Of a DNA stretch of 64,000 nucleotides, positions 18,091 to 26,980 are shown piece after piece. Position 1 is the stretch's first letter, and every line of letters starts with the position of its first letter. The position numbers were made by a program, and so were the translations under genes. Below the pieces are notes generated by a model. It was given only the letters and a program-made list of their open reading frames with translations, did no database searches and was not told where the DNA came from. Where the stretch lies: the IMG/VR virus record IMGVR_UViG_3300035070_002626, positions 124,001 to 188,000 of that record, one strand, 5' to 3'.

Positions 18091-18372
18091 CTACTTTTTC
18101 TTTTCTAATTTTTTAATACGTGTTTCTAGTTCGTCTATCTTTTTAGTTACATGTGGATACTTTTTACGCCATGCATCTTCGGGTTGTTGCAACCAAGTCC
18201 ATCCCCAACGGTGCACCAAATAATTTAATGTACGATTAAACCAACTGTATGCCCATAATCCAAGACGAGTGCCTTGGAAGTATGCTAAAAATGCAGCTCC
18301 AAATAAACTCCCTGCAAGTGCAGTGTAAATCCATAGCCTGTCGCTGGCCATTCTTTCTAACATTTCCCACAT
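18091..18372 (-). CDS. Hypothetical membrane protein
   Basis: TM segment plus C-terminal coiled coil. Confidence 0.7.
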   Translation of the reverse strand: MWEMLERMASDRLWIYTALAGSLFGAAFLAYFQGTRLGLWAYSWFNRTLNYLVHRWGWTWLQQPEDAWRKKYPHVTKKIDELETRIKKLEKKK

Positions 18373-18381
18373 TATAATTTC

Positions 18382-18729
18382 CTACTTGTAAACCACAGGG
18401 TCCCAGTCAGATACATCTGTGTCTTTGTATTTAACAATTCTGTCTAACATTACATCATAAAAACTATCCAACTGTTTGCCCCATTTACCTTTAAGGTGCT
18501 CGAGTGCTTGTTCACAAAAATTAAAGTCAGGCTTTTTGTAATTTTCAACTAGTTTGGTGTGTAAATTTGTCACACGTTCTAATTCTGCAATCTCAGTAAC
18601 CGGAATGTCTTCTATTACGCAATATGCAGTTACAACTGGTGAATCGCCTATTTTCATATCGTCAAGTGGTAAAATTGTATATTTGCTTTTCATATTGGTT
18701 GCAATTTCGTCGCCGAAAATAATGTGCAT
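18382..18729 (-). CDS. Stand-alone homolog of the adenylate cyclase C-terminal region (non-catalytic)
   Basis: AAGGAGA RBS before ATG 18729; aligns by eye with the last ~115 aa of the cyclase at 9681-11720. Confidence 0.7.
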   Translation of the reverse strand: MHIIFGDEIATNMKSKYTILPLDDMKIGDSPVVTAYCVIEDIPVTEIAELERVTNLHTKLVENYKKPDFNFCEQALEHLKGKWGKQLDSFYDVMLDRIVKYKDTDVSDWDPVVYK

Positions 18730-18758
18730 TGGTGTCTCCTTGTGTAAGTAATTATGCA

Positions 18759-19553
18759 ATGAAAATACACTTTGATTTAATTTCTGATCTTCACGTAGAT
18801 ACGTGGGAAGAACCGTTTAGTTGGGAAGGCAAAGCTACTAGCTTGTATGCTGTAGTTGCCGGTGATATTAGTAGAGAGCGCAGTGACATTAGACCTGTGC
18901 TCAAAGAGCTATCATCTCATTATAAACTTGTCATATTCGTCGACGGCAATGATGAACATAGATGGGAGTTAGAAAACCTAGGACAAAGTTACGAATCTCT
19001 ACGCCATGAAGTTGCTGGCATTGGTAATGTTGTTTGGTTGCAAGATAATTCTGTAGTAGTCGATGGTGTTGCATTTGTAGGCGTTAATGGCTGGACAGGT
19101 TTTGATTTTGATTGCGACCTTTCTTATCAAGACAGTAAACGCTGGTTAGAAGAAAGATACGGTGTTAGTATGTATGCTGGGCAACAAATCGAAGCACTAT
19201 CATTAAGTGATGCTGGATTCTTATGCAAAACAGTTAGTAAACTACAGACACACCACGATGTTAGAAAAATAGTATTAATTACACATTATGTACCCAATGT
19301 GCGGTTAATCGAACACGATGTTGAGCTAGAAGGTACTCATGCATTAAACTGCACTGGTAATAGCATGTTATCTCGTTGCCTTGACGAAGACCATGAAAAT
19401 AAAGTTCATACATGGTGTTTTGGACATTATCACAGTGATGTTGATACAACCATTGATAACATAAGATATGTAAATAATTGCAGAGGAAGCAATGGCACCA
19501 ATTGGTGCAAAGCCGTGTACTATCCCAAACGCATCGAAATTGATATCAGTTAG
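18759..19553 (+). CDS. Calcineurin-like metallophosphoesterase
   Basis: SDLH, AGD, GNDE, TH, FGHYH motifs. Confidence 0.88.
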   Translation: MKIHFDLISDLHVDTWEEPFSWEGKATSLYAVVAGDISRERSDIRPVLKELSSHYKLVIFVDGNDEHRWELENLGQSYESLRHEVAGIGNVVWLQDNSVVVDGVAFVGVNGWTGFDFDCDLSYQDSKRWLEERYGVSMYAGQQIEALSLSDAGFLCKTVSKLQTHHDVRKIVLITHYVPNVRLIEHDVELEGTHALNCTGNSMLSRCLDEDHENKVHTWCFGHYHSDVDTTIDNIRYVNNCRGSNGTNWCKAVYYPKRIEIDIS

Positions 19554-19554
19554 A

Positions 19555-19860
19555 TTAACTTTCGGGCTCGATTTTAACTTGCAACGGATATCCATTAGCA
19601 CGGGCAAGTAGAGTAACTTCAATTCCTTTTTGTTCAGCCATTTCGTACGGCATAACTGCTACCACAGCTGATCCCGTTTCGTGCACGTTGAGTGTTAAAT
19701 TTTCCGCAGTTGCTTCGGTATAATTGAAAATATCAACTAGTGTGTGGATAACAAACTCATGTGAAGTTTGGTTGTCGTTAATGTAGATCAACTTAAACAA
19801 CGTTGGTTCTTTAAGAAAAATGTTTGTTTGCACTTTATTTTTTGTTTCGGTTTGGCTCAT
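19555..19860 (-). CDS. clpS: ATP-dependent Clp protease adaptor ClpS
   Basis: EP..FKLIYIND..T..EFV..L..IF, VHETGSAVV, AEQK, GYPLQVKIE. Confidence 0.92.
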   Translation of the reverse strand: MSQTETKNKVQTNIFLKEPTLFKLIYINDNQTSHEFVIHTLVDIFNYTEATAENLTLNVHETGSAVVAVMPYEMAEQKGIEVTLLARANGYPLQVKIEPES

Positions 19861-19937
19861 AACAATCCTTATTCTTTTATAGTGTATGCAGAGCAATAGC
19901 CACTCTGCATACTATTTTTATATACTTATCTTAGGAG

Positions 19938-20381
19938 TTAGGTTTCAACTGTTATGTCGATAACTTTTGGCTTCATTACTTCTGGAATAAGTCGCTCAAG
20001 GTCAATCTTGAGAATTCCATCTTTCAATGTTGCTGCTTTAACTTCTACGTAGTCTGCTAAGTTGAATGTGCGTACAAAAGGTCTAGTACTAATGCCCTTG
20101 TGCAGGAATTCACACTCATCGTCAGAATCTGTTTTTCCTGTAACTGTTAGTACCCCTTCTTTCAGCTCAACATTGATGTCCGCCATTTGAAAACCAGCTA
20201 CTGCCAGTCTGATGCGATAAGTTTCTTCTCCTGTGCGAAGAATATCATATGGGGGATAATTTTGCACAGCACCATTGGCTGTTGCTCTGTCAATGTTGTT
20301 AGTGATACGATCAAAAAGTTGATCAAATCCAACTGCGTTGCGATAAAATGGGGTGAGGTCTAGTGAGGTAAGTCTTGTCAT
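19938..20381 (-). CDS. Small heat shock protein Hsp20 (IbpA-like)
   Basis: VGFDQLFD, NYPPYDI, LAVAGF, FLHKGIS.R.F.R.F.L, GILKIDL, PE..KP..I. Confidence 0.95.
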   Translation of the reverse strand: MTRLTSLDLTPFYRNAVGFDQLFDRITNNIDRATANGAVQNYPPYDILRTGEETYRIRLAVAGFQMADINVELKEGVLTVTGKTDSDDECEFLHKGISTRPFVRTFNLADYVEVKAATLKDGILKIDLERLIPEVMKPKVIDITVET

Positions 20382-20442
20382 TTTGTTTCTCCTTTATAAA
20401 AGCAAGATTTAAAATTGTAGGTCCTGTTTAGCAACCTACAAT
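20382..20442 (-). ncRNA. ROSE-like RNA thermometer in the hsp20 5'UTR
   Basis: AUCUUGCU-UUUAUA-AAGGAGA hairpin occludes the SD; preceded by an AUUGUAGGU/ACCUACAAU hairpin. Confidence 0.7.
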
Positions 20443-20444
20443 AT

Positions 20445-20475
20445 TATTTATACACGATACAACCAACAATGTCAA
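20445..20475 (-). promoter_or_regulatory. Composite early/late promoter of hsp20
   Basis: TTGACA-N17-TATAAA in which the -10 box is also TATAAATA. Confidence 0.7.
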
Positions 20476-20484
20476 TATATCAAT

Positions 20485-22872
20485 TTACCATTTAATGCTA
20501 TATGATACTTCGGCTACGTTATTGCCTGTTTGGCTCATTGCTGCACCTAGTGTTATGTCGCCATTGTTGTATGCAGTAGTGTATTCAATTCTAGCATATG
20601 CATTTATATCTGATGGCATACCAAATTGTTGCTGTGTGTACTGTGTTGTTCCGTTGCTGTCAATACTAGTAGGAATACTTGTGCTAACGTTACCGCTGAG
20701 TGCAACTGGGTGTATACCTGCAAACGCTTGTAACCCACCGTCAGTATAGCTTGCTTCGGCCCACACTCCTGTTTGTGTCGAAACATTTGTAACCAATCCA
20801 GGTGTGATGTCTGTGCTCACATGCATTACGCTACCTGTGAATGCAAACTTGTCTTTAGCATAACTTGCAACGTTGTCGATAACTGTGCTACTCTTAACAT
20901 CGCCCCAAACCCCATTAAAATCTAACCAAGGATTGTTTTTCATATTTGTTGCATAGACACTGTAATCAAAGTTACCTACACTATACATACTATGCCCAAG
21001 TGATATTTCATTGGAATCAAGATTGAATCTAATTGTTGTATCGCTGTTTCCAAACGATACACTGCCATTATTTTGTAATGTGTTGTACATTGTGGTATTA
21101 CTGTTTACTGTAGATTGACTTAGATCAACTGTATAGCCTCGACCAATGGTGTCAGTTGCTACGCCGGATACTTCGCCAATGTTTAGTCCAGTGATGTTGC
21201 CACTTAGTGACGATCCGTTTAGTGACAATCCTCCCAATGGATTAAATGCCGATTTGATGTCGATGATATTGCCGCCTGCATATGTTGTGCCACTGGCTAT
21301 TAGTGCTTGTGTTGCATCGGCATCACTTAAATAATTCCACTCATCTTGCAACATGCTTTTAGCTGTGCCTGCTGCAATGGTTGATCCATCTATTTGGCTC
21401 ATAAACACAGCCATTTGTCTATCTGATCCGTTCATAAATGGTATGTATGTTACAAGATAATCATTACCATCGTCGCCTTTAAACACATTAACTGTGTTAC
21501 CACTACTGTTAGCACTACCACCATATGTATTTGTTGAATCAGTGATAAAATTTGTTAATGTGTTCTGATGTGCAGCAACATATTTGTTGTCTGATGTTTT
21601 AATCAAGAACTGATGGCTGTCATTAGCTCCACCAAAGTCTCCGCCAGACACTAGAATATCTTCTTTTCCGTCGCCATTAATATCGAAAAATTTGGGCTGG
21701 TATGTACTGTGACTGTTAGTGTTATATCCACTTAGAATGCTACTCGTAACATCGCTAAAGTCCCCAGTGCCGTTGTTTTGTAAAAACTGTATGTCACTAA
21801 ATTCTCGGAACACATCTGATGAACGAGCAAACACCATAACATCGTCGATGTTATCTTCGTTGAAATCGTAGTTAACTACACGCACCTGGTGATCAGTTCC
21901 AGTTACATTTGAACTTGCTGGCAAGTCTTTAACAAATGTGTATTCTACAACAGCTTCACCCTCTCGCGCATCCCAACCTTGCGGATTAGTAAAATCTACA
22001 CTGTACATCTTGGTTAAATTAGCACTGCTACATCCAGCTACGTTAAGATACGACAATGGGCAAGAAGCATCAGTTATAATGATTTCGTTGTTGCCGCCAT
22101 CTCCTAAGAAATTACCAATAGTTACACCTGAACCACCACTGCGAAGATGTCCGCTGTTATTCCATGGATCTATATATGTAGTAAACCCATCAATTGTATT
22201 GTTAAGAGCAATTGTTGTGTTTGGTCCATAATCTGTCATGATAATATCATCGTATGTGTCGTTGTTCAAGTCGCCGACATCACTATCATGTGACCATATA
22301 CCTACAGTGGGAATTGAAATTTTGGCAAAATTACTACCGTCATTACGAAATACATTTGCTGGACCATACACAACATTGTTATCGGTGCTGTGGCTTACAA
22401 ACATGTCATTTCGGCCTGTCTTAAAAAAGTCTGTAAACTCAATATCAGGCTCAGTGCCTAAGATTATATTATCATCACCGGAAAACCATTGAGATGTTTT
22501 ATCAACCAAACTGCCGTTTTCAAAACTCATTATGTTTATTCGACTGCTCACCCAATTGTTATAATCATTTGTTGCTGTCTGTCTACCAGCAAACACAATA
22601 TCGTCACTAGCTCCGTCTCCATCCAAATCGCTGATGTAGGAGTCGTATACAGAATATACACTAGTAGCACCGCCTGCTAGTGGATCAATGGTTCCTTGGT
22701 ATGTTGGAAGAGCATACAACCAAGCAATTGGACTAGGCGAAGGACTGCCCGGATTACTAGGAGTTGCCCCTGCTTGTGTTGCAGGCTGTCCGCCTCCACC
22801 TCCACCACCACATGCACTAAGAGCAGTGGTTGCTAGCAGGGCTGCTACAAGTTTAGGTCTTGCGTGTTGCAT
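20485..22872 (-). CDS. Lipoprotein with FG-GAP/VCBS repeats and a probable C-terminal beta-barrel (autotransporter-like)
   Basis: Lipobox LSAC followed by poly-G; DLDGDG..DIV, GDLNND..DII, DFNED..DVM, DINGDG.EDILV repeats; ends VSYSIKW. Confidence 0.75.
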   Translation of the reverse strand: MQHARPKLVAALLATTALSACGGGGGGGQPATQAGATPSNPGSPSPSPIAWLYALPTYQGTIDPLAGGATSVYSVYDSYISDLDGDGASDDIVFAGRQTATNDYNNWVSSRINIMSFENGSLVDKTSQWFSGDDNIILGTEPDIEFTDFFKTGRNDMFVSHSTDNNVVYGPANVFRNDGSNFAKISIPTVGIWSHDSDVGDLNNDTYDDIIMTDYGPNTTIALNNTIDGFTTYIDPWNNSGHLRSGGSGVTIGNFLGDGGNNEIIITDASCPLSYLNVAGCSSANLTKMYSVDFTNPQGWDAREGEAVVEYTFVKDLPASSNVTGTDHQVRVVNYDFNEDNIDDVMVFARSSDVFREFSDIQFLQNNGTGDFSDVTSSILSGYNTNSHSTYQPKFFDINGDGKEDILVSGGDFGGANDSHQFLIKTSDNKYVAAHQNTLTNFITDSTNTYGGSANSSGNTVNVFKGDDGNDYLVTYIPFMNGSDRQMAVFMSQIDGSTIAAGTAKSMLQDEWNYLSDADATQALIASGTTYAGGNIIDIKSAFNPLGGLSLNGSSLSGNITGLNIGEVSGVATDTIGRGYTVDLSQSTVNSNTTMYNTLQNNGSVSFGNSDTTIRFNLDSNEISLGHSMYSVGNFDYSVYATNMKNNPWLDFNGVWGDVKSSTVIDNVASYAKDKFAFTGSVMHVSTDITPGLVTNVSTQTGVWAEASYTDGGLQAFAGIHPVALSGNVSTSIPTSIDSNGTTQYTQQQFGMPSDINAYARIEYTTAYNNGDITLGAAMSQTGNNVAEVSYSIKW

Positions 22873-22899
22873 TAATGTCTCTCCTTAACTATTACATTA

Positions 22900-22927
22900 A
22901 GTATAACATCTCGTGCAGCAAAGTCAA
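22900..22927 (-). promoter_or_regulatory. Sigma70-type promoter of the lipoprotein gene
   Basis: TTGACT-N16-TATACT with extended TG. Confidence 0.65.
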
Positions 22928-22940
22928 CCGTTTTCTAGTG

Positions 22941-24152
22941 TTAGGCTGCTATTTTTTGTGGATTGTTTACTAACTCGGGTGTAATTTCAACTTGAGTTAT
23001 TTTACTGTTAGCATACTCTTTAAGACTGTACATATGCGGCATTAGAATTCTTTCCAATTCAGCTTGCAAACTACGTGCACCTGTTTTGCGTTTATGTGCA
23101 TGTTGTGCAATCTCACGCAATGCATCTACACTAAATGTTAATGCAACACCATCAGTTTCAAACAAGTATGTGTATTGTGCTACTAAACTGTTGCGTATCT
23201 CTGTGAGTACATATACTAGCTGATCTTCGGTTAATTGCTCAAGAGCTACATTGGTCGGAAAACGTCCTACAAATTCCGGAATTAATCCAAATTTTACCAG
23301 ATCGTCGGGCTCAATATCTCCTAGGCTACCAGGTGTGTTGTCTTTGATTGTAACACCAAAGCCGATACCCGAGTCAGACGATGCTCTACGTTTTACTACA
23401 TCTTCGAGTCCAACAAACGCTCCGCCTGCAATAAACAATATATTTTTAGTGTCTATTTCGATCATTTCCGCTTGTGGGTTTTTCCTACCGACATTGCCAG
23501 CTGGTACACGACAAATTGTGCCTTCTACTAGTTTAAGCAATGCTTGCTGCACACCTTCGCCACTAACATCGCGAGTGATCGACGAACTTTCACTTTTACG
23601 TGATATCTTGTCAACTTCGTCTAAAAACACAATACCTCTTTGTGCTTTTTCAACATCCCCGTCTGCTGAGTTTAGCAACTTACCGATTAATGTTTCGACA
23701 TCGTCCCCAACATACCCAGCTTCGGTAATAGAAGTTGCATCCGCAATTGCAAATGGCACATCTAAAAATCGTGCTACACTTTTTGCTAACAATGTCTTAC
23801 CGCAGCCCGTTGGCCCAAGCAATAGTATATTGGCTTTGTCTAATTCTATCTCTGTTGATGTATTATTAATTCTTTTGTAATGATTAGCAACTGCTACCGA
23901 AAGCACAACTTTTGCCATTTCTTGACCAATCACGTATTTGTCAAGGAATTCTTTTAGCTCGACAGGGTCTATGTCATTGACATTATTTGCATGTACTGTA
24001 TTACTTGCTAGCTCTTGTAGTAAGTCTCCACATAGATCCACACATTCATTGCAGATAGCAACATTGTCGCCAACTATGAGCTTTGTTACACTGTTTTTAT
24101 CCTTATTACAAAAATTACATTTTTCGTATGCTAACATGGTATCCTCGGTCAT
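22941..24152 (-). CDS. clpX: ATP-dependent Clp protease ATP-binding subunit ClpX
   Basis: CNFC...CNEC zinc finger, GPTGCGKT, AGYVG, FLDEVDK, RDVSGEGVQQALLK, IGF loop, TGARSL. Confidence 0.96.
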   Translation of the reverse strand: MTEDTMLAYEKCNFCNKDKNSVTKLIVGDNVAICNECVDLCGDLLQELASNTVHANNVNDIDPVELKEFLDKYVIGQEMAKVVLSVAVANHYKRINNTSTEIELDKANILLLGPTGCGKTLLAKSVARFLDVPFAIADATSITEAGYVGDDVETLIGKLLNSADGDVEKAQRGIVFLDEVDKISRKSESSSITRDVSGEGVQQALLKLVEGTICRVPAGNVGRKNPQAEMIEIDTKNILFIAGGAFVGLEDVVKRRASSDSGIGFGVTIKDNTPGSLGDIEPDDLVKFGLIPEFVGRFPTNVALEQLTEDQLVYVLTEIRNSLVAQYTYLFETDGVALTFSVDALREIAQHAHKRKTGARSLQAELERILMPHMYSLKEYANSKITQVEITPELVNNPQKIAA

Positions 24153-26939
24153 TTAAATTCCCTGGTCTCTAAGTTGCTGTTCAAGTTGACTGCGTTCTAC
24201 GTCATTTAATAATTCTGGATCATATTCGCCAGAACCAAGTTTTTCAATCAAGTGCTTAATATATTCATCATTGTATGCGTATGTGTCTGAATTGTTTTTG
24301 TCAATTTCAATCCAGGTAGTGCCGTTCCATTTAAATACTTTAGTCGGGAGATAGTCAACCCTAATGTAAATATCGCCCTTGACTGCTCTGTCAGGAAACA
24401 CTGTACCAAATTCCACTGTGGTGTAGTTTGTTTCAATTTCATTGTCACTTAGTTCTAAGTACTGTGCCCAAGGTAATACGTCTATTTGTTTCTGAGAAAA
24501 TTTTTGTTCTTGCTCTTTAAGTGTTAAATCTGGATTAAGTCGTTTCCAGATACGTTTAGCCTGTTTTTCATCGTCATCGCCCTCAACTACTATAATGTCA
24601 TCAGTTCTTTCATCCTCATAGTCGGCTGCTTTATATCCTGCTATAGCCTCGTCTGGCAGAGGAGGTGGAGTGGGTAGTTCAAATTCTATTGTAGGCGGAA
24701 CATTATCAGCAACCAATTGGGCTCTTGCTGCTTCATAATCTTTGCGTTCTTCTTCTGCTAATTCGTCTGCGCTCACATCTTCAAATTTAAGTTCAACTTC
24801 TTCTTCCTTGTACTCAGGAAAAACAATGCGCTCAACGTGAACTGCTATTTTTTTAGGAGATTGATCAAGCGAATCACCTTCGTCTCTATTCTCTCCAGTC
24901 TCTCCTCTAACTGATTCAATTTGTACTGCAGAGTTGCCGCTGTGGGAGGTTTCTTTTGTATCTTTTTGCGATTCATCTTTTCTTTGAATTTTGATACTAT
25001 CTTCTGGCACGGTATTAGCCGTTTGTATTTCTTCATTTGCGGTGTTTTCCTTGGGTATTTCGTTGACAACTGGCAATGCAGTCAACCTGTCTTTTTGTCT
25101 CCAGCTAAAAGTTTCTGTTGCAGCTAACAACATCATAATTGCAAGTGGATCGAATACAAAAACAATTAAGATAATAACCCATCTAACAGCAGATTCTAAC
25201 ACATTACTATTAGTGTCCTCGCCGTAGATTAATTGTGCAATATACTTGATTGGTCCTACTTCTGCTTCTAGTTTGCGAACTTCAGATTCAAGTGCAAACT
25301 TGTTTTCAATTATAAAATCAATTTCACTGTTTGCAACTCTAATACGTTCTTGTTGTTCATCAATTAATGTGTCAAGATCAACATCATCGCCTACTTGTAT
25401 TTGCGCTCTTAAACGTTCAATAACAGCTTGGCTGTTTGCAATCTCTTCTTCTGCTACTGCACGTATTCTAGAAATCTCTGCTCTGGCAATTTCAATTCTA
25501 GGGTCTTCTTTATTGCGCAGTTCAGTGATGGTGTCCTGTGCTGTTTTACGTGCTACTCGATTGTCGGGAATCTCCACATTCAACACATTGTCAATTTTTT
25601 CTTGAATACTACTACGTTGAGATTCTAATCCAGCAACTGCATCTGTCCGTATACGGTCAATGGTGTCTAGCAATGCTTGCTTGCGCTGTTGTACGCTTTC
25701 GATTTGTGAGCCACGTATGTTGTTTACTAATTTAGTTAAACGATCACGTTCTGCTTCTACATTTGCCTGAGCAGCATTGCGTATTTCACTTGATTGTTCT
25801 TGCAAATTGTTGATAAGCTCGCTTAAACGTTCACGCTCTGTTGCTACTACTGTCTGTGCTTGCTCTTTGAAAGATGTTTCTTGTCCTTGAAGTTCGGCAA
25901 TACGAGAACGTTGAGACTCTACCCAAGATGCTAACGCTCTGCGTGTGTTACCGCCAAACAAGCCGTCACTGGTTACGCCGATAACTGCCTGACCTTCTTG
26001 TATTTTAGCACGTTCTGTACTTTGTAATTTGTTTGTAACTAATATTATTTGTTGTTCAACTGCGCTAATTTGTTCTTGCAGTGTATTTACAGCACTATAG
26101 TCAGGTGTCAGTTCAGCAATGCGAGTTTCTAATACAGAAATTTGTTCTTTTAAAGTTGATAATGCACTCAAATCTGGTACTAGTTTACCGATACGTGCTT
26201 CATAGTCTACTACTTGGTTGTTAAGTGTTGCTAAGTCTACATCTAGTTGTGTAATTTGCTCTAGGTAAGGTTGTATTTGTTGTTCAACACTTGCAACACT
26301 AGCACCTTCCAGTGAATTTCTAAAGTTACTAACTACATTGTTTAGTCGTGATAGTTCTGTATCTAAACTAATAATTTCATCTTCGTATACTGCTACACGA
26401 TTTAATAGTGTGTTTTCCTGTGCTGTAATAATAGCTTGTTGTTCGTCAATACTAGGTTGACGTCTAGTATATGCGCTGTTAATACGTTCCTGTTCTCTAT
26501 CAATCTTAGATTGAATGCCTAAATCTTGTTTGTCAGCATCAGTTTCGCCTTTGGCAATACGTGCTTCTGCTCTGGCAATAATGTCTTGTTGACGAATTAT
26601 TTCTTCGTCCATACGCACAAGTTGTGCCGCCTGTTCTTCTGCTGCACTGGTTTGTTCGATGTGTGCTTTGCTTAAAAAACCAAAAATGCCCATGCTTGTA
26701 ATAAACATAAGAACAAGGACAGCAGGTACCATATAAAATTTCATTATATAGCTAGCACGTTGCCAATTCTGGTGTAACCATACCGTAACTGTAAGTTTTG
26801 CAACCTCTAACACACTTCCCATCACAACAATAGGAATAATAGCAGATGCAAAGATTGCAGCCAAGCCGACGATACTGTAATAAGCAGCAATAGCACTTAA
26901 ACTAAGTGCAACGAAGAGAACTAAGAGAGCCATAAACAT
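24153..26939 (-). CDS. Membrane-anchored long coiled-coil protein with a central peptidoglycan-binding motif
   Basis: 3 N-terminal TMs, ~480 aa coiled coil, GVTSDGLFGGNTRRAL, EVGPIKYIA, TM ending VFDPLA, acidic tail. Confidence 0.75.
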   Translation of the reverse strand: MFMALLVLFVALSLSAIAAYYSIVGLAAIFASAIIPIVVMGSVLEVAKLTVTVWLHQNWQRASYIMKFYMVPAVLVLMFITSMGIFGFLSKAHIEQTSAAEEQAAQLVRMDEEIIRQQDIIARAEARIAKGETDADKQDLGIQSKIDREQERINSAYTRRQPSIDEQQAIITAQENTLLNRVAVYEDEIISLDTELSRLNNVVSNFRNSLEGASVASVEQQIQPYLEQITQLDVDLATLNNQVVDYEARIGKLVPDLSALSTLKEQISVLETRIAELTPDYSAVNTLQEQISAVEQQIILVTNKLQSTERAKIQEGQAVIGVTSDGLFGGNTRRALASWVESQRSRIAELQGQETSFKEQAQTVVATERERLSELINNLQEQSSEIRNAAQANVEAERDRLTKLVNNIRGSQIESVQQRKQALLDTIDRIRTDAVAGLESQRSSIQEKIDNVLNVEIPDNRVARKTAQDTITELRNKEDPRIEIARAEISRIRAVAEEEIANSQAVIERLRAQIQVGDDVDLDTLIDEQQERIRVANSEIDFIIENKFALESEVRKLEAEVGPIKYIAQLIYGEDTNSNVLESAVRWVIILIVFVFDPLAIMMLLAATETFSWRQKDRLTALPVVNEIPKENTANEEIQTANTVPEDSIKIQRKDESQKDTKETSHSGNSAVQIESVRGETGENRDEGDSLDQSPKKIAVHVERIVFPEYKEEEVELKFEDVSADELAEEERKDYEAARAQLVADNVPPTIEFELPTPPPLPDEAIAGYKAADYEDERTDDIIVVEGDDDEKQAKRIWKRLNPDLTLKEQEQKFSQKQIDVLPWAQYLELSDNEIETNYTTVEFGTVFPDRAVKGDIYIRVDYLPTKVFKWNGTTWIEIDKNNSDTYAYNDEYIKHLIEKLGSGEYDPELLNDVERSQLEQQLRDQGI

Positions 26940-26980
26940 AACGTATTACTTATACTTTTGTGCGAATGATATTGTATTTA

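Noticed and set aside
19884-19912. Hairpin GTATGCAGAG/CTCTGCATAC as the hsp20 terminator
   Set aside because: No U-tract on the coding (minus) strand; it may be a stabilising or processing hairpin in the clpS leader, but its function cannot be supported
5352-24152. Bacterial chromosome origin suggested by clpX, clpS, ugd and csgG
   Set aside because: These genes are interspersed with T4-like replication and virion genes and late promoters, with no bacterial operon context (e.g. no clpP-tig, clpA or csgD/E)
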